Of a DNA stretch of 64,000 nt, positions 48,963-60,046 are shown in pieces. Position 1 is the stretch's first letter, and the number at the start of each line of letters is the position of its first letter. The position numbers were made by a program, and so were the translations under genes. This stretch comes from Bacilli bacterium (GTDB taxonomy: Bacteria; Bacillota_I; Bacilli_A; RFN20; CAG-826), in NCBI GenBank assembly GCA_045615545.1, contig JAZLFA010000067.1, positions 279 to 64,278 on the forward strand. The letters run 5' to 3'. Below the pieces are notes generated by a model. The model worked only from the letters and a program-made list of their open reading frames with translations. It was not told the DNA's origin and did no database searches.

Positions 48963-50573
48963 ATGTTAAATATTTATGATATTGCTAAAAAAGCTGGAAT
49001 TGATTCTAACTACATTATTCCTTATGGAAATGATAAAGCTAAGATCGATTTAAAAATTAATGAAACACTTAATGAAAAAAAAGATGGTAAGTTAGTTTTA
49101 GTTACTGCTATTACACCAACAAAAGCTGGTGAAGGCAAAACAACAACTTCTATTGCTCTTACTGATGGTTTTAACGCTATTGGCGTGCCTTCATTAATTT
49201 GTTTACGAGAACCTTCTCTTGGTCCTGTATTTGGAATTAAAGGTGGGGCAACTGGTGGAGGAAAAGCATCTGTTATTCCTAGCGAAGATATCAATCTTCA
49301 TTTCACTGGTGATATGCACGCCCTAACTAGTTCAATCAATTTAATTAGTGCTGTTATTGATAATCATATATTCCAAGGCAATGAATTACGCATTGATCCA
49401 AACCGTGTTGTTTGGAAACGTGCCCTTGATATGAATGATAGAGCTCTTAGAACTGTTACAGTTTCTCAAGGTGAAAAGAAATGCGGTCCTAGAAATGATG
49501 AATTTGTTATTACCGTTGCTTCAGAAATGATGGCTATCCTTTGTTTATCAAAGGATCAAGAAGATTTTAAAAATAGAATTAATCAAATTATTGTTGCATA
49601 TAATTATGATGGTGAACCTGTTAGACTAGCTGACCTAAGAATTAGCCACGCTGTTACTAAATTAATGAAAGCAGCATTTAATCCAAATCTAGTTCAAACT
49701 ATGGAAGGTAATCCATGTATTATTCACGGTGGACCATTTGCGAATATAGCACACGGATGCAACTCTATCATTGCAACTAAATTAGCTCTTAAGTTAGCTC
49801 CTGTTGTTGTTACCGAGGCTGGCTTCGGCGCTGATCTTGGAGCTGAAAAATTCTTAGATATTAAGTGCCGTGTTGGTGAAATTAAACCGGACGCCGTTGT
49901 TATGGTTGCCACAATTAGAGCGTTAAAAATGCACGGTGGACAAGCATTTGAAGAGTTAACCACTGAAAATGTTCCTGCTTTATTAGCTGGTATTGATAAC
50001 TTAAAACATCACGTTGAAAATATTGCTAAATATGGTCTCCCATTTGTTATCTGCATTAATCACTTCGAAAGCGATACTGATGCGGAAACAAAAGCTCTTA
50101 GAGAGTGGTGTGAAAAACAAGGTTATGATGTTGCCTTCTGTGATGCATTCACTAATGGCGCTAAAGGAGCAGTTGAATTGGCAAAGAAGGTTAAACATGT
50201 TTTAGAAACAAAAGAATCTAACTTCCATTGCTTATATGACACAAATAAATCGATTTATGAGAAAATTGAAACCATTTGCAAGGAAATTTACCGTGCTGGA
50301 GATGTTGTTTATACCGATTTGGCAAAACAACAAATTGAAGAATACATTAAGCTCGGGTATGGTAAAACACCTATTTGCATTGCAAAGACCCCACAATCAT
50401 TTACAGATGATCCGAAAGTACTTGGAGCTCCAACCGGATTTACAATTACAATTCGTGAAGTTAGGTTGTCTGCAGGAGCAGGGTTTATTGTTCCTCTAAC
50501 GGGGGCCATTATGACCATGCCTGGATTACCTAAAATTCCAGCCGCTGTAAAGATGGAAGATATAGAAATATAA
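48963..50573 (+). CDS. fhs: Formate--tetrahydrofolate ligase
   Basis: Full-length FTHFS with ATP-binding PTKAGEGKTT motif. Confidence 0.95.
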   Translation: MLNIYDIAKKAGIDSNYIIPYGNDKAKIDLKINETLNEKKDGKLVLVTAITPTKAGEGKTTTSIALTDGFNAIGVPSLICLREPSLGPVFGIKGGATGGGKASVIPSEDINLHFTGDMHALTSSINLISAVIDNHIFQGNELRIDPNRVVWKRALDMNDRALRTVTVSQGEKKCGPRNDEFVITVASEMMAILCLSKDQEDFKNRINQIIVAYNYDGEPVRLADLRISHAVTKLMKAAFNPNLVQTMEGNPCIIHGGPFANIAHGCNSIIATKLALKLAPVVVTEAGFGADLGAEKFLDIKCRVGEIKPDAVVMVATIRALKMHGGQAFEELTTENVPALLAGIDNLKHHVENIAKYGLPFVICINHFESDTDAETKALREWCEKQGYDVAFCDAFTNGAKGAVELAKKVKHVLETKESNFHCLYDTNKSIYEKIETICKEIYRAGDVVYTDLAKQQIEEYIKLGYGKTPICIAKTPQSFTDDPKVLGAPTGFTITIREVRLSAGAGFIVPLTGAIMTMPGLPKIPAAVKMEDIEI

Positions 50574-50630
50574 AAATATTTTTTAAAAAATTCAATTTAA
50601 AAGTGTCCTTATAAATAGGGGCATTTTTTT

Positions 50631-52706
50631 ATGGTATTATTAGAAATTAACAATTTAGAAAGAAAATTCCAAATCAATAAAGAGAAGGGTGTGACTGTAA
50701 TTAATAAGATTACATATTCTTTTCCAAATGTCGGTTTGGTATGTATTACAGGGCCATCTGGGTGCGGCAAATCAACTCTATTGAATATATTGGGCTTGCT
50801 AGACTTGGAATACGATGGAGATTATTACATTAATGGACAACAAGTTAAAAAAATAAAAAAGGAGCAATTAAGAAAATTTATAACCAATAATATTGGTATC
50901 GTTTTTCAACATTATCATTTGCTGGAAGAACAAACCGTTCTATCGAATATAATGCTTCCTTCATTAATGATAGGAAATAGTAGGAAAGAAGCAAAAGTTA
51001 AAGCAATTAATTTATTGCAATCAATTGGATATGACAAAACTCTATACTATCAAAAAGTCAAAAATCTATCTGGCGGAGAAAAACAAAGAATATCAATATT
51101 AAGGGCTTTAATTAATAACCCGAATATCATTCTTGCTGATGAACCAACTGGAGCGCTTGACAGTGATAATACAAAAGCGGTAATGGATATTTTTAAAAAT
51201 ACTAGCAAAAAGAAATTAGTTATTTTAGTAACCCATAATCCTGATATTGTTAATGATTACGCTGATCAAGTTATTGAAATGAAAGATGGCAATATCATAA
51301 ATAAGAAAAGAATAAACGAATTAAACGAATCAAACGGACTTTCTTTAAATAAAAATAAATTATCTTCATCGTGGACTGATTCAATTTCGTTATGTAATTT
51401 TAAACGAAGATTTAAACGAGATTTGGTTTCTATATTAACAGCAAATATAGCTTTATTAGCGAGTTTTTTGACAATTTCTTTTGTTATTGATATTCCGAAT
51501 TTAACAAAAAAAGAAGGGGAAAAACATTTTGATTATGGTGTTGCTACAGTGAGTAAAGAAATAAAAACTTCCGCCGGTAACGGACTTGTGTCATTAGTTA
51601 ATTCAATTCGTCCCAGTGATCAAGAAATTAAGGAAATTAAATCTGAAAATGACGATTTTTATTTTGAATTAAATTATGATGCTATTTTTCCTTCTTGTGT
51701 TGATATTAGCTTTAATGGAAATTTGCTTAAAGAAGCACAAGTTAAACCAATATATTCGTTTGACCAAAAATATGTTGACGCGTCTTTAATTACTTATGGA
51801 CATTTTCCAAAAGATTCGTTTTATGATGTTGTTGTTAATAAAGCATTGTTTAACCTAATGAACAATGAACTATCAAGTTTACTTAATGTTAAAAATAAAT
51901 ATAACTATTCATACTACACCTACGATTCAGATGGTACGATTATTATCGATTCATTCATTTTCGATAAAGCATTTCGTGTTGTTGGTGTTGTTGATGAACA
52001 ACAATTTTTAACAACACCAACACTATATTATTCCTTTACTGCCTTTGATGCGTACATAGCTAATTATTTTTTAAATAATCTATCTGAATATTATGGATAC
52101 TCAATCTCTTGGAAAGATGTTATTTCTTCTATCAATGATAGCGATGAATTGTCATCTTATTCTTATAGAATGTTTTTAAAAGACATTAACAACAAAATAG
52201 CTTTAACAAATATTATTAATAATATTAATGAACCATATTCTGTGTCGAGTAATGCGTTTATTATTAATGATGCTTTCACCAAGCTTATTGATGGTATTAC
52301 TTATGGTCTTTGGGCTTTTATAGTTATAAGTATCATTGGAACAATTCTTATTGTAGGGATAATCGCATATTCATCATACTGTGAGGATCATAAAAGGATA
52401 GCTTCACTTAAAGCGATGGGCGCTAGTAGTGATAACATTTTGGACATTTATATAACCGAGAATTTATTTATTGCTATCTTATCCATTGGCCTATCAATCC
52501 TTTTATTTATTCCAATCCAAAACATAAGTTATAAAGTAATTGAACGATTTACAGGTATTGAATTAACATACGGCTTTGTTAATGGGTCATTTATACCATT
52601 TTTATTAATATCTTTGATAATGGTTTTATCATCAATATTATCAGTCGTATTCCCCGTAATATTTTGTAAGAAAATACCAATAGCAAAGGAGCTAAAAGAC
52701 GAATGA
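50631..52706 (+). CDS. Fused ABC transporter ATP-binding / FtsX-like permease protein (MacB-like)
   Basis: Walker A GPSGCGKST, signature LSGGEKQR, followed by TM segments with an extracytoplasmic domain. Confidence 0.8.
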   Translation: MVLLEINNLERKFQINKEKGVTVINKITYSFPNVGLVCITGPSGCGKSTLLNILGLLDLEYDGDYYINGQQVKKIKKEQLRKFITNNIGIVFQHYHLLEEQTVLSNIMLPSLMIGNSRKEAKVKAINLLQSIGYDKTLYYQKVKNLSGGEKQRISILRALINNPNIILADEPTGALDSDNTKAVMDIFKNTSKKKLVILVTHNPDIVNDYADQVIEMKDGNIINKKRINELNESNGLSLNKNKLSSSWTDSISLCNFKRRFKRDLVSILTANIALLASFLTISFVIDIPNLTKKEGEKHFDYGVATVSKEIKTSAGNGLVSLVNSIRPSDQEIKEIKSENDDFYFELNYDAIFPSCVDISFNGNLLKEAQVKPIYSFDQKYVDASLITYGHFPKDSFYDVVVNKALFNLMNNELSSLLNVKNKYNYSYYTYDSDGTIIIDSFIFDKAFRVVGVVDEQQFLTTPTLYYSFTAFDAYIANYFLNNLSEYYGYSISWKDVISSINDSDELSSYSYRMFLKDINNKIALTNIINNINEPYSVSSNAFIINDAFTKLIDGITYGLWAFIVISIIGTILIVGIIAYSSYCEDHKRIASLKAMGASSDNILDIYITENLFIAILSIGLSILLFIPIQNISYKVIERFTGIELTYGFVNGSFIPFLLISLIMVLSSILSVVFPVIFCKKIPIAKELKDE

Positions 52707-55504
52707 TTGAAATACAACACTTATCTAAAACATACGACTCTCGAAAAGTTCTTGATGATATTTGTTTAAAATTTCCAAGAACAGGACTAGTTGTAATATA
52801 TGGTCCATCAGGATGCGGAAAAACAACACTTTTTAATTGTATTGCCGGTCTACTTGATTTTGAGGGAAGTTTATCAATTGATGGGACCAATATCGAAATA
52901 TTAGGTGAAAAAAGAAGAACCATTTTAAGACTTAAAAATATTGGTTTTATCTTTCAAGATTTTAAACTTTTTAATAACGATACAGTTTATAACAATGTAG
53001 CCTTTCCTTTAGATGTTAATAATGGATCTTCTCTATTTAAACGAAAAAGAAAAGTTAAAGATCTTTTGTCTTTGGTTGGGATATCAAATTTATCAAAAAC
53101 ACCAGTAAAAAATCTTTCAGGTGGGGAGAAACAAAGAGTGGCAATAGCTAGGTCAATAAGCAATGACCCAAAAATAATTTTAGCAGATGAACCAACAGGT
53201 GCTCTTGATGAGAAAAATGGTGAAATTATTATGGATTTGCTTAGGAAAATAAGTAAAAAGTCTTTAATAATTGTTGTTTCTCATAGTAGGGAGTTAACAG
53301 AAAAATATGCTGATGAAGTGATAGAAATGAAAGACGGAAAAGTAATTAATCATTACTATAAACAACATGAGGAAAAACAGCCTAATCTCCCTCTTGTTAT
53401 AAATGAATTCTCAAATAAGAAACCTGGCTTACCAACTGGCTTTTTACTTAAACATACTATAGGTGCGATAAAAGAAAGAAAATGGCGAACATTATTTTGT
53501 AACTTTGCTACATCGTTAGGGCTTATAGGTGTTGGTTTAGCTATTACTCTATCTTCGAGTATTTCTAACAATATAAAAGAAGCTTACACAAATATGATTG
53601 GTGATTCAAAAGTTGTAGTATCGAGTAAAGATGAAATGAATAAGCAAATTACTTTTGAAGGTGGATCATATATTGAGGCGATTGAAGTTTCTAAAAAGTA
53701 TTCTGAATATATTGTTGATGTGGGTGCTATTTATAAGACTGATTTTGACCAACATTTCAAGACTTCGAATGATTTCTTTTTAGCTTCAAATGGCAGGATA
53801 GCATATTTAGATAAATTTAGTGCTGACCAAATAAACGAATTTAAGTGGTTAGATAATGTAAATATAGATGTATATCCATTTTTTCCTAAATATTTAAACG
53901 ATGATGAGATAATTTTGGGTTTAAATTTATCGCAGATTCAATCAATATGTTTTTCGCTTCAGATAATTAGGACTGTAGAGTCATTGTCTGATTATTTGTT
54001 AACTAACGATATCTATATTGTTTTTGAAGGTGAAAATTACGATTGGGGTTATGAAGATGAACAAATGTTTTTGCTTAAGGGTTTTACTTTAGAAATTGAT
54101 CCCTGTATTTATTCATATAATCATCTTTGGAACGAGTTCGTATTTGAAAACCAAATGCGTTTCACCTCCTCAACCTCATTGTACCGTCAAGAAAAGTTGC
54201 CTTGGACTTTAAAGAAATTATTTTATTTTCAACTAAAAGGTGATGTTGATGAATTATTATCTTTAATCCATCATGATATCAACTTTGAAGAATATATTTT
54301 CGAAATAGCTGATAGAAATTATTTTCCAAATACTTATGATTATGACTTTGATTATGTGATGGCGGACAAGTTAATTTTTTATCTCAATCCCGGTGTCGGA
54401 ATTAACCCAAAAGTATCTGACTACATAATTGAAGCGAATGAAAATATTACAAATCCACTGTTTGGTACATCGGGTTCATATTTCATTATGCCAAGCGCTC
54501 TAATGATGGGGTTTTCAAACTATTTATACTTATCTTTTGATGAGGAATTATTATTTCAAAATGTTGATGTTTATAGCACATTAACTTATGAAGAAAATAT
54601 TGCAGTTGTTCCCCCAAGAGAAATAGCGATTGGACATTATTCAAAATCATTACAAAATGGAGTTAATTTTATCCCTATTGATAATTTAAATTATTCTTTT
54701 GATTCCTATGATAATATCTATGTTTCGCAAGGATTTTTAGATCAAATCGGTTATATTTCTAATCCAATAGATGCGCATTTATATTTGGCATATCAAGTAA
54801 AAGAAACGCAATATGGATCGAATAATTTTGTGCGTGAATATTCTTATCATTCCGTAGTGATTAAAGGTGTTATTAATTCACCTAAAATTGCTATATACCA
54901 AAATAGTGATTGGTTACTAACTTTCTTTCAAACTAGATTTGGTATTTCAGCATTTAATCTACTTGTTTCATCTATTGCTTTTGATGTTTCAGATAGAAAT
55001 AGAGTTGATGACATTGTTTTATCGTTAAAAAGAGATTTTCCTGAATACGAAATATGTAATCCAATGTTAAGTATTAACCAAAGTGTTGACGATGTTTGTA
55101 ATAAACTTGAATTAGCAGTTTCTTTATTTTCGGTAATAGCAACGATTGTATCAACCATATTGCTAGCAGTATGTAATTATCTTCATATTTTAGAAATGAA
55201 GCAAGACATTGGATTAGCGCGGTGTATAGGAATTGATAAAATTGAATCGATTAAATTCTTACTAACACATAGTGTTATTATGTGCTTGATTTCATTTATA
55301 TTATCAACCTTTGAGATATTGTTGATTTCAATTGTGACTTCTTCGTCTATTGCAACAGCATTGAACTCATCTTTTAATTTTACTTTTGAACCGTTTAGTT
55401 TATTGGCGATGTTTGCCCTAGCTTTTTTCCTCTCGATTATCACATGCATCATCGTAGCAATTCCATTTTTAAAAATGACTCCTCTAGAAGAATTAAAACA
55501 TTAA
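52703..55504 (+). CDS. Fused ABC transporter ATP-binding / FtsX-like permease protein with a very large extracytoplasmic domain (933 aa)
   Basis: Walker A GPSGCGKTT, signature LSGGEKQR, about 500-aa central domain, C-terminal FtsX-type 3-TM bundle; overlaps the upstream paralog (ATGA). Confidence 0.8.
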   Translation: MIEIQHLSKTYDSRKVLDDICLKFPRTGLVVIYGPSGCGKTTLFNCIAGLLDFEGSLSIDGTNIEILGEKRRTILRLKNIGFIFQDFKLFNNDTVYNNVAFPLDVNNGSSLFKRKRKVKDLLSLVGISNLSKTPVKNLSGGEKQRVAIARSISNDPKIILADEPTGALDEKNGEIIMDLLRKISKKSLIIVVSHSRELTEKYADEVIEMKDGKVINHYYKQHEEKQPNLPLVINEFSNKKPGLPTGFLLKHTIGAIKERKWRTLFCNFATSLGLIGVGLAITLSSSISNNIKEAYTNMIGDSKVVVSSKDEMNKQITFEGGSYIEAIEVSKKYSEYIVDVGAIYKTDFDQHFKTSNDFFLASNGRIAYLDKFSADQINEFKWLDNVNIDVYPFFPKYLNDDEIILGLNLSQIQSICFSLQIIRTVESLSDYLLTNDIYIVFEGENYDWGYEDEQMFLLKGFTLEIDPCIYSYNHLWNEFVFENQMRFTSSTSLYRQEKLPWTLKKLFYFQLKGDVDELLSLIHHDINFEEYIFEIADRNYFPNTYDYDFDYVMADKLIFYLNPGVGINPKVSDYIIEANENITNPLFGTSGSYFIMPSALMMGFSNYLYLSFDEELLFQNVDVYSTLTYEENIAVVPPREIAIGHYSKSLQNGVNFIPIDNLNYSFDSYDNIYVSQGFLDQIGYISNPIDAHLYLAYQVKETQYGSNNFVREYSYHSVVIKGVINSPKIAIYQNSDWLLTFFQTRFGISAFNLLVSSIAFDVSDRNRVDDIVLSLKRDFPEYEICNPMLSINQSVDDVCNKLELAVSLFSVIATIVSTILLAVCNYLHILEMKQDIGLARCIGIDKIESIKFLLTHSVIMCLISFILSTFEILLISIVTSSSIATALNSSFNFTFEPFSLLAMFALAFFLSIITCIIVAIPFLKMTPLEELKH

Positions 55505-55561
55505 GTATTGTTTAATCATATTAAAACCAATATAATATGTTGGTTGAAGTGAGGTAGTGTC

Positions 55562-56674
55562 ATGGGATTAAAAGCAGGTATCGTTGGTCTTCCAAATGTT
55601 GGTAAATCTACTTTATTTAATGCGATTACAAATTCACACGTCGAAGCCGCTAATTATCCTTTTGCAACAATTAATCCTAATACTGGCGTAGTTAATGTTC
55701 CTGATGAGAGACTAGATTTTTTATCTAACCTTTTTAAACCTGAACGCACAATTCCTGCTACTGTAGAATTTTATGATATTGCTGGTTTAGTCAGGGGCGC
55801 TAGTAAAGGCGAAGGTTTAGGAAACCAATTTTTAGCGCATATTAGAGAATGTGACGCTATCGTCGAAGTTGTTAGATGTTTTGAAAACGCTGACATCATT
55901 CACGTCGAGGGCGGTGTTGATCCGATTAGAGATATTGAAGTTATTAACCTTGAATTAGTGATGGCTGATTTAGATACAGTTGTTAATCGTATAGGTAAAA
56001 TTGAAAATAAAGCCCGTATCCTTAAGGATAAAGAATCGGTTTCCGAAATGAACACGCTTCTTCCTATTAAAGAAGCTCTTGAACATGGCAAAGCCGCAAG
56101 AACAGTAAGTTTAACCGAAGAACAAGAGCTTATTTGTGGCAATTATCATTTGCTCACAAAGAAACCAATTATTTATGTTGCCAATGTTAGTGAAGCTGAC
56201 TTGAATAATTTAAATGGCTCTGCTCACTTTAATAATGTTGTTGAATACGCTAAAAAAGAAGGCAGTGAAGTAATTCCTGTTTCATGCGAGATTGAAAGCG
56301 AATTGTCTGAATTAACAAAAGAAGAAAGAACCGAATACTTAACAGAACTTGGTGTTACAGAAAGTGGTTTAACCAAGGTTATCAAGGCGACATATAAATT
56401 GCTTAATCTATCAACATTTTTCACTGTTGGTCCTGATGAATGTCGTGCTTGGACATTTATTAATGGCATGAGCGCACCTAACTGCGCAGGTATTATCCAT
56501 ACAGATTTTGAACGTGGATTTATATGTGCCGAAGTATATTCTTATTCTTCCATAAAAGAATTGGGTAGTGAATTAGCTGTTAAAGAAGCAGGAAAATTAA
56601 GAACTGAAGGAAAAGGTTATATTCCTAAAGATGGGGATATTATGTTCTTCAAATTTAATGTAACAAAGAAGTAA
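55562..56674 (+). CDS. ychF: Ribosome-binding ATPase YchF
   Basis: G1 GLPNVGKST and C-terminal TGS domain. Confidence 0.95.
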   Translation: MGLKAGIVGLPNVGKSTLFNAITNSHVEAANYPFATINPNTGVVNVPDERLDFLSNLFKPERTIPATVEFYDIAGLVRGASKGEGLGNQFLAHIRECDAIVEVVRCFENADIIHVEGGVDPIRDIEVINLELVMADLDTVVNRIGKIENKARILKDKESVSEMNTLLPIKEALEHGKAARTVSLTEEQELICGNYHLLTKKPIIYVANVSEADLNNLNGSAHFNNVVEYAKKEGSEVIPVSCEIESELSELTKEERTEYLTELGVTESGLTKVIKATYKLLNLSTFFTVGPDECRAWTFINGMSAPNCAGIIHTDFERGFICAEVYSYSSIKELGSELAVKEAGKLRTEGKGYIPKDGDIMFFKFNVTKK

Positions 56675-56676
56675 TT

Positions 56677-57153
56677 ATGTTTAGAGTTGGTTTTAGTAAA
56701 GATATTCATAAATTGGTGCCTGGCCGTAAATTAATTTTGGCCGGTGTTATTATTCCTTTTGATAAAGGTGAATTGGCCCATTCTGATGGCGATGTTGTTT
56801 ATCACGCAGTCGGAGAATCAATTTTAGGCGCTCTGGCTTTGGGGGATTTAGGAAAACATTTTCCTGATACTGATCCAAAGTATAAAGATATTAATAGTTT
56901 ACTATTAATAAAAGAAATTGTTTCGATGATGAAAAAAGAAGGATATGTTGTTAATAACATTGATGTCTTTATTTCTTTAGAAAAACCAAAACTAAAAGAT
57001 TACATCGAACAAATGAGAATTAATCTCTCATTATTGCTCGAAGTTGATATTAAGAATGTTTCGATTAAAGCTGGAACAAATGAAGGCATGGGTCCAGTTG
57101 GCACATTAGAGGCCGTTGAAGCATATTCTTATGTATCTTTAATCAAAAATTAA
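56677..57153 (+). CDS. ispF: 2-C-methyl-D-erythritol 2,4-cyclodiphosphate synthase
   Basis: IspF metal-binding motifs (DIHKL...HSDGDV). Confidence 0.85.
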   Translation: MFRVGFSKDIHKLVPGRKLILAGVIIPFDKGELAHSDGDVVYHAVGESILGALALGDLGKHFPDTDPKYKDINSLLLIKEIVSMMKKEGYVVNNIDVFISLEKPKLKDYIEQMRINLSLLLEVDIKNVSIKAGTNEGMGPVGTLEAVEAYSYVSLIKN

Positions 57154-57167
57154 TATAATTAAAGCCT

Positions 57168-58787
57168 ATGGATAATGTTGAAATTTTAAAACTTAATATT
57201 GTAGAAGCCTTTAGTAAACTAGGGGTCGAACTTTCTATTGATCAAATTGTAATAGAAAAAAGTAAGGATCCTGCCCATGGAGACTATGCGACTAATGCCG
57301 TAATGAAATTTTCTCGTTTAGTTGGGAGAAATCCAATTGAAACCGCAAAATCTCTTATCGAAGTGTTGAAGAGTGATGTAGTTTCTAAAGTGGAAATTGC
57401 TGGGCCTGGTTTTATCAACTTCTTTATGAAGGAAGATAGCCTTCAATCAATTGTTAGCAAAATTATTAATGAAAAAGATGACTATGGTCGCGGAGAAAAC
57501 AAAAAGATAAAAATCGATTTAGAATTTGTTTCCGCTAACCCAACTGGTGATTTACACGTTGGACACGCTAGAGGTGCCGCTATCGGAGATTCATTGTGTC
57601 GTATTTTATCTTTTGCTGGTTATGATGTTGATCGTGAATATTATATAAACGATGCAGGTAATCAAATCTACAATTTGGCCTTATCTATTCAAGCAAGGTA
57701 CCGTGAAATTTTAGGTCTTGATTTTGTTCTTCCAGAAGATGGTTATCATGGTAAGGATATCATTGAAATCGCACAATCAATTGTTGACGAAATTGGTGAT
57801 AAAGGATTAACAATGGACGATCCAATTTCATACTTTAAAAATGTTGGTATACAAAAAGAAATGAATAAAATTAAGGCAGTTTTGCATGATTTTAACGTTG
57901 AATTTGATATATATACAAGCGAATTGGTTGTAAGAAGTAATAACGCTGTTGAGAAAGAAATTGCTTTCTTAGATAAACACATCGAACATAAAGATGGTGC
58001 TTTAGTTTTAAAGACAACTAACTTTCTTGATGATAAAGATAGAGTCATTGTTAAAAGTAATGGTGAATATACATACTTCTTGCCTGATATCGTTTATCAT
58101 GTAAATAAACTCTCTCGTGGATATGATCGTCTTATTGATTTATTTGGTGCAGATCACCATGGTTATATCAATCGTATGAAGAGTGCTCTTATGATGCACG
58201 GTTATAATAGTGATGTTTTAGATATTGAGTTAATCCAAATGGTTAGATTTATTCAAAATGGTGTCGAAAAGAAAGCTAGTAAACGTGCTGGTGACGCCTA
58301 TACTGTAAGAGAATTAATTGAAGATGTCGGAACTGATGCAGCAAGATATTTCTTTGCTATGAGAGCTCCTTCAAGCCATCAAGATTTTGATTTAACTCTT
58401 GCTGTTGAACAAAGTTCTAACAACCCTGTCTATTATTCACAATATGCTCACGCAAGGCTTTGCTCTTTGTTAACTTTAGGAGAAGAAATTGGAATCGATG
58501 CCAATTGCCCATTGTTAACAACAGAAAAAGAAAAAGCTATTTTAAAACAATTAGCTTCTTTCCCTCAAATTGTTGATAGTAGTGCTAAAGAATTAGCACC
58601 TTATCATATTACCAACTATGTGCATGATTTAGCTGAATTGGTTCATGCTTGGTATAACGAATCAAAGATTGTTGATAAAGATAATATCGAGCTTTCTAGA
58701 TCTCGTCTCGCTTTATGTGAAGCGACAAAACAAGTTATTAAAAACGCTCTCAGTCTAGTGGGCGTTAGTGCCCCTATACGTATGTAG
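57168..58787 (+). CDS. argS: Arginine--tRNA ligase
   Basis: Class I HIGH region (ANPTGDLHVGH) and an imperfect MSK-type motif. Confidence 0.95.
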   Translation: MDNVEILKLNIVEAFSKLGVELSIDQIVIEKSKDPAHGDYATNAVMKFSRLVGRNPIETAKSLIEVLKSDVVSKVEIAGPGFINFFMKEDSLQSIVSKIINEKDDYGRGENKKIKIDLEFVSANPTGDLHVGHARGAAIGDSLCRILSFAGYDVDREYYINDAGNQIYNLALSIQARYREILGLDFVLPEDGYHGKDIIEIAQSIVDEIGDKGLTMDDPISYFKNVGIQKEMNKIKAVLHDFNVEFDIYTSELVVRSNNAVEKEIAFLDKHIEHKDGALVLKTTNFLDDKDRVIVKSNGEYTYFLPDIVYHVNKLSRGYDRLIDLFGADHHGYINRMKSALMMHGYNSDVLDIELIQMVRFIQNGVEKKASKRAGDAYTVRELIEDVGTDAARYFFAMRAPSSHQDFDLTLAVEQSSNNPVYYSQYAHARLCSLLTLGEEIGIDANCPLLTTEKEKAILKQLASFPQIVDSSAKELAPYHITNYVHDLAELVHAWYNESKIVDKDNIELSRSRLALCEATKQVIKNALSLVGVSAPIRM

Positions 58788-58803
58788 GGCAAAGGAGAAT
58801 ATT

Positions 58804-59217
58804 ATGACTGAAAAAACTTTTTTAGAAATCGCGTATGATTTCGTATCAAACTCATCTAAACCAGTTTCATTCAAAGAAATTTGGGAAACAGTTGTTAGTG
58901 AAAAAGGATTAGATGAATCTGTTGCCAATTCAAAAGTTGGTCAATTCTACACAACATTGATGCTTGATGGTAGATTTGTTACTCTTGGCGAAAATATGTG
59001 GGACTTAAGATCACGTCACACATTTGACAAAGTTCATATTGATATGAAAGATGTTTATAGCGATGTTGAAACAACTGATGAAGATGTTGAAGAAGCTATG
59101 GAACAAAAAGAATACGAAGAAGCTTATCAAGAAAAGGTTGTTGATAGCAAAGACTTCGGTGAAGAACCTGATGTTGGTGAAGAAACAACATCTCCTGATA
59201 ATAGCGATAATTATTAA
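58804..59217 (+). CDS. rpoE: DNA-directed RNA polymerase delta subunit
   Basis: N-terminal HARE-HTH-like domain plus an acidic Asp/Glu-rich C-terminal tail; start at ATG 58804 after an AAAGGAG RBS. Confidence 0.75.
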   Translation: MTEKTFLEIAYDFVSNSSKPVSFKEIWETVVSEKGLDESVANSKVGQFYTTLMLDGRFVTLGENMWDLRSRHTFDKVHIDMKDVYSDVETTDEDVEEAMEQKEYEEAYQEKVVDSKDFGEEPDVGEETTSPDNSDNY

Positions 59218-59240
59218 TTGAGATAGGATAACCTACTTTT

Positions 59241-60017
59241 ATGTGGGAAAAAGAATTAGAAGCAGCGATTACAGCAGGATTATTAGCCAAAGACAAGGTA
59301 TTGGAAATATACAATACAAACTTTTCTGTTGAAATTAAAGATGATTTATCTCCTGTAACTCTCGCTGATAAAAGTTCTGATAAAATCATTATCGATTATT
59401 TGACGAATCTTTTTCCTGATTACGCTTTTTTAACAGAAGAAAGTCCAGACGATTTTTCAAGATTAAACAAGGATTTTGTTTGGATTATTGATCCTTTAGA
59501 TGGAACAAAAGATTTCGTTGCTAAAGATGATGAATTCACAATCAATATTGCTTTATGCCACAAACATGAAATTGTTGTAGGTGTAATAATTATTCCTGTA
59601 ACTGGCGATATTTATTATGCGACAAAGGATGGCGGGTCATATCATCGTTTGGGGAATGTAGAACAACAAATTCATGTTAATGATAAAGTAACAAACTTAA
59701 CCTGCTTTACATCCGTTTTCCATATGAATGATAAAGAGAAAAGTATGATTGAAAAACATGCCGGTGTAATAAGGAAATGTGAAAAATTAGGCTCCTCTAT
59801 TAAGATGTGCTACATCGCGGAAGGTAAAGGCGAAATATCTTATCGCATGTCTCCAAACACTAAAGAATGGGATACAGCACCAGGACAATTAATATTAGAA
59901 GAAGCCGGTGGAGTATTGGTGGAACCAAACGGCAAACGAATAACTTATAATCGAAAAGATGTATATAATCGTAATGGTTATATAATTGCCAATAGAATAG
60001 AAAACATACTGATATAA
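59241..60017 (+). CDS. Inositol-monophosphatase / CysQ-family 3'(2'),5'-bisphosphate nucleotidase-like phosphatase
   Basis: IMPase motifs (FLTEES..., WIIDPLDGTKDF). Confidence 0.75.
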   Translation: MWEKELEAAITAGLLAKDKVLEIYNTNFSVEIKDDLSPVTLADKSSDKIIIDYLTNLFPDYAFLTEESPDDFSRLNKDFVWIIDPLDGTKDFVAKDDEFTINIALCHKHEIVVGVIIIPVTGDIYYATKDGGSYHRLGNVEQQIHVNDKVTNLTCFTSVFHMNDKEKSMIEKHAGVIRKCEKLGSSIKMCYIAEGKGEISYRMSPNTKEWDTAPGQLILEEAGGVLVEPNGKRITYNRKDVYNRNGYIIANRIENILI

Positions 60018-60021
60018 AAAA

Positions 60022-60046
60022 TGCTTCCATTTTGGAAGCTTTTTAA
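60022..60046. terminator. Terminator hairpin GCTTCCA-TTT-TGGAAGC followed by TTTTT
   Basis: Perfect 7-bp stem plus T-run, between the phosphatase gene and the tRNA. Confidence 0.75.

Noticed and set aside
52591-52923. 110-aa minus-strand ORF at the junction of the two ABC genes
   Set aside because: Antisense to the Walker-A-encoding region of the second ABC gene; no support.
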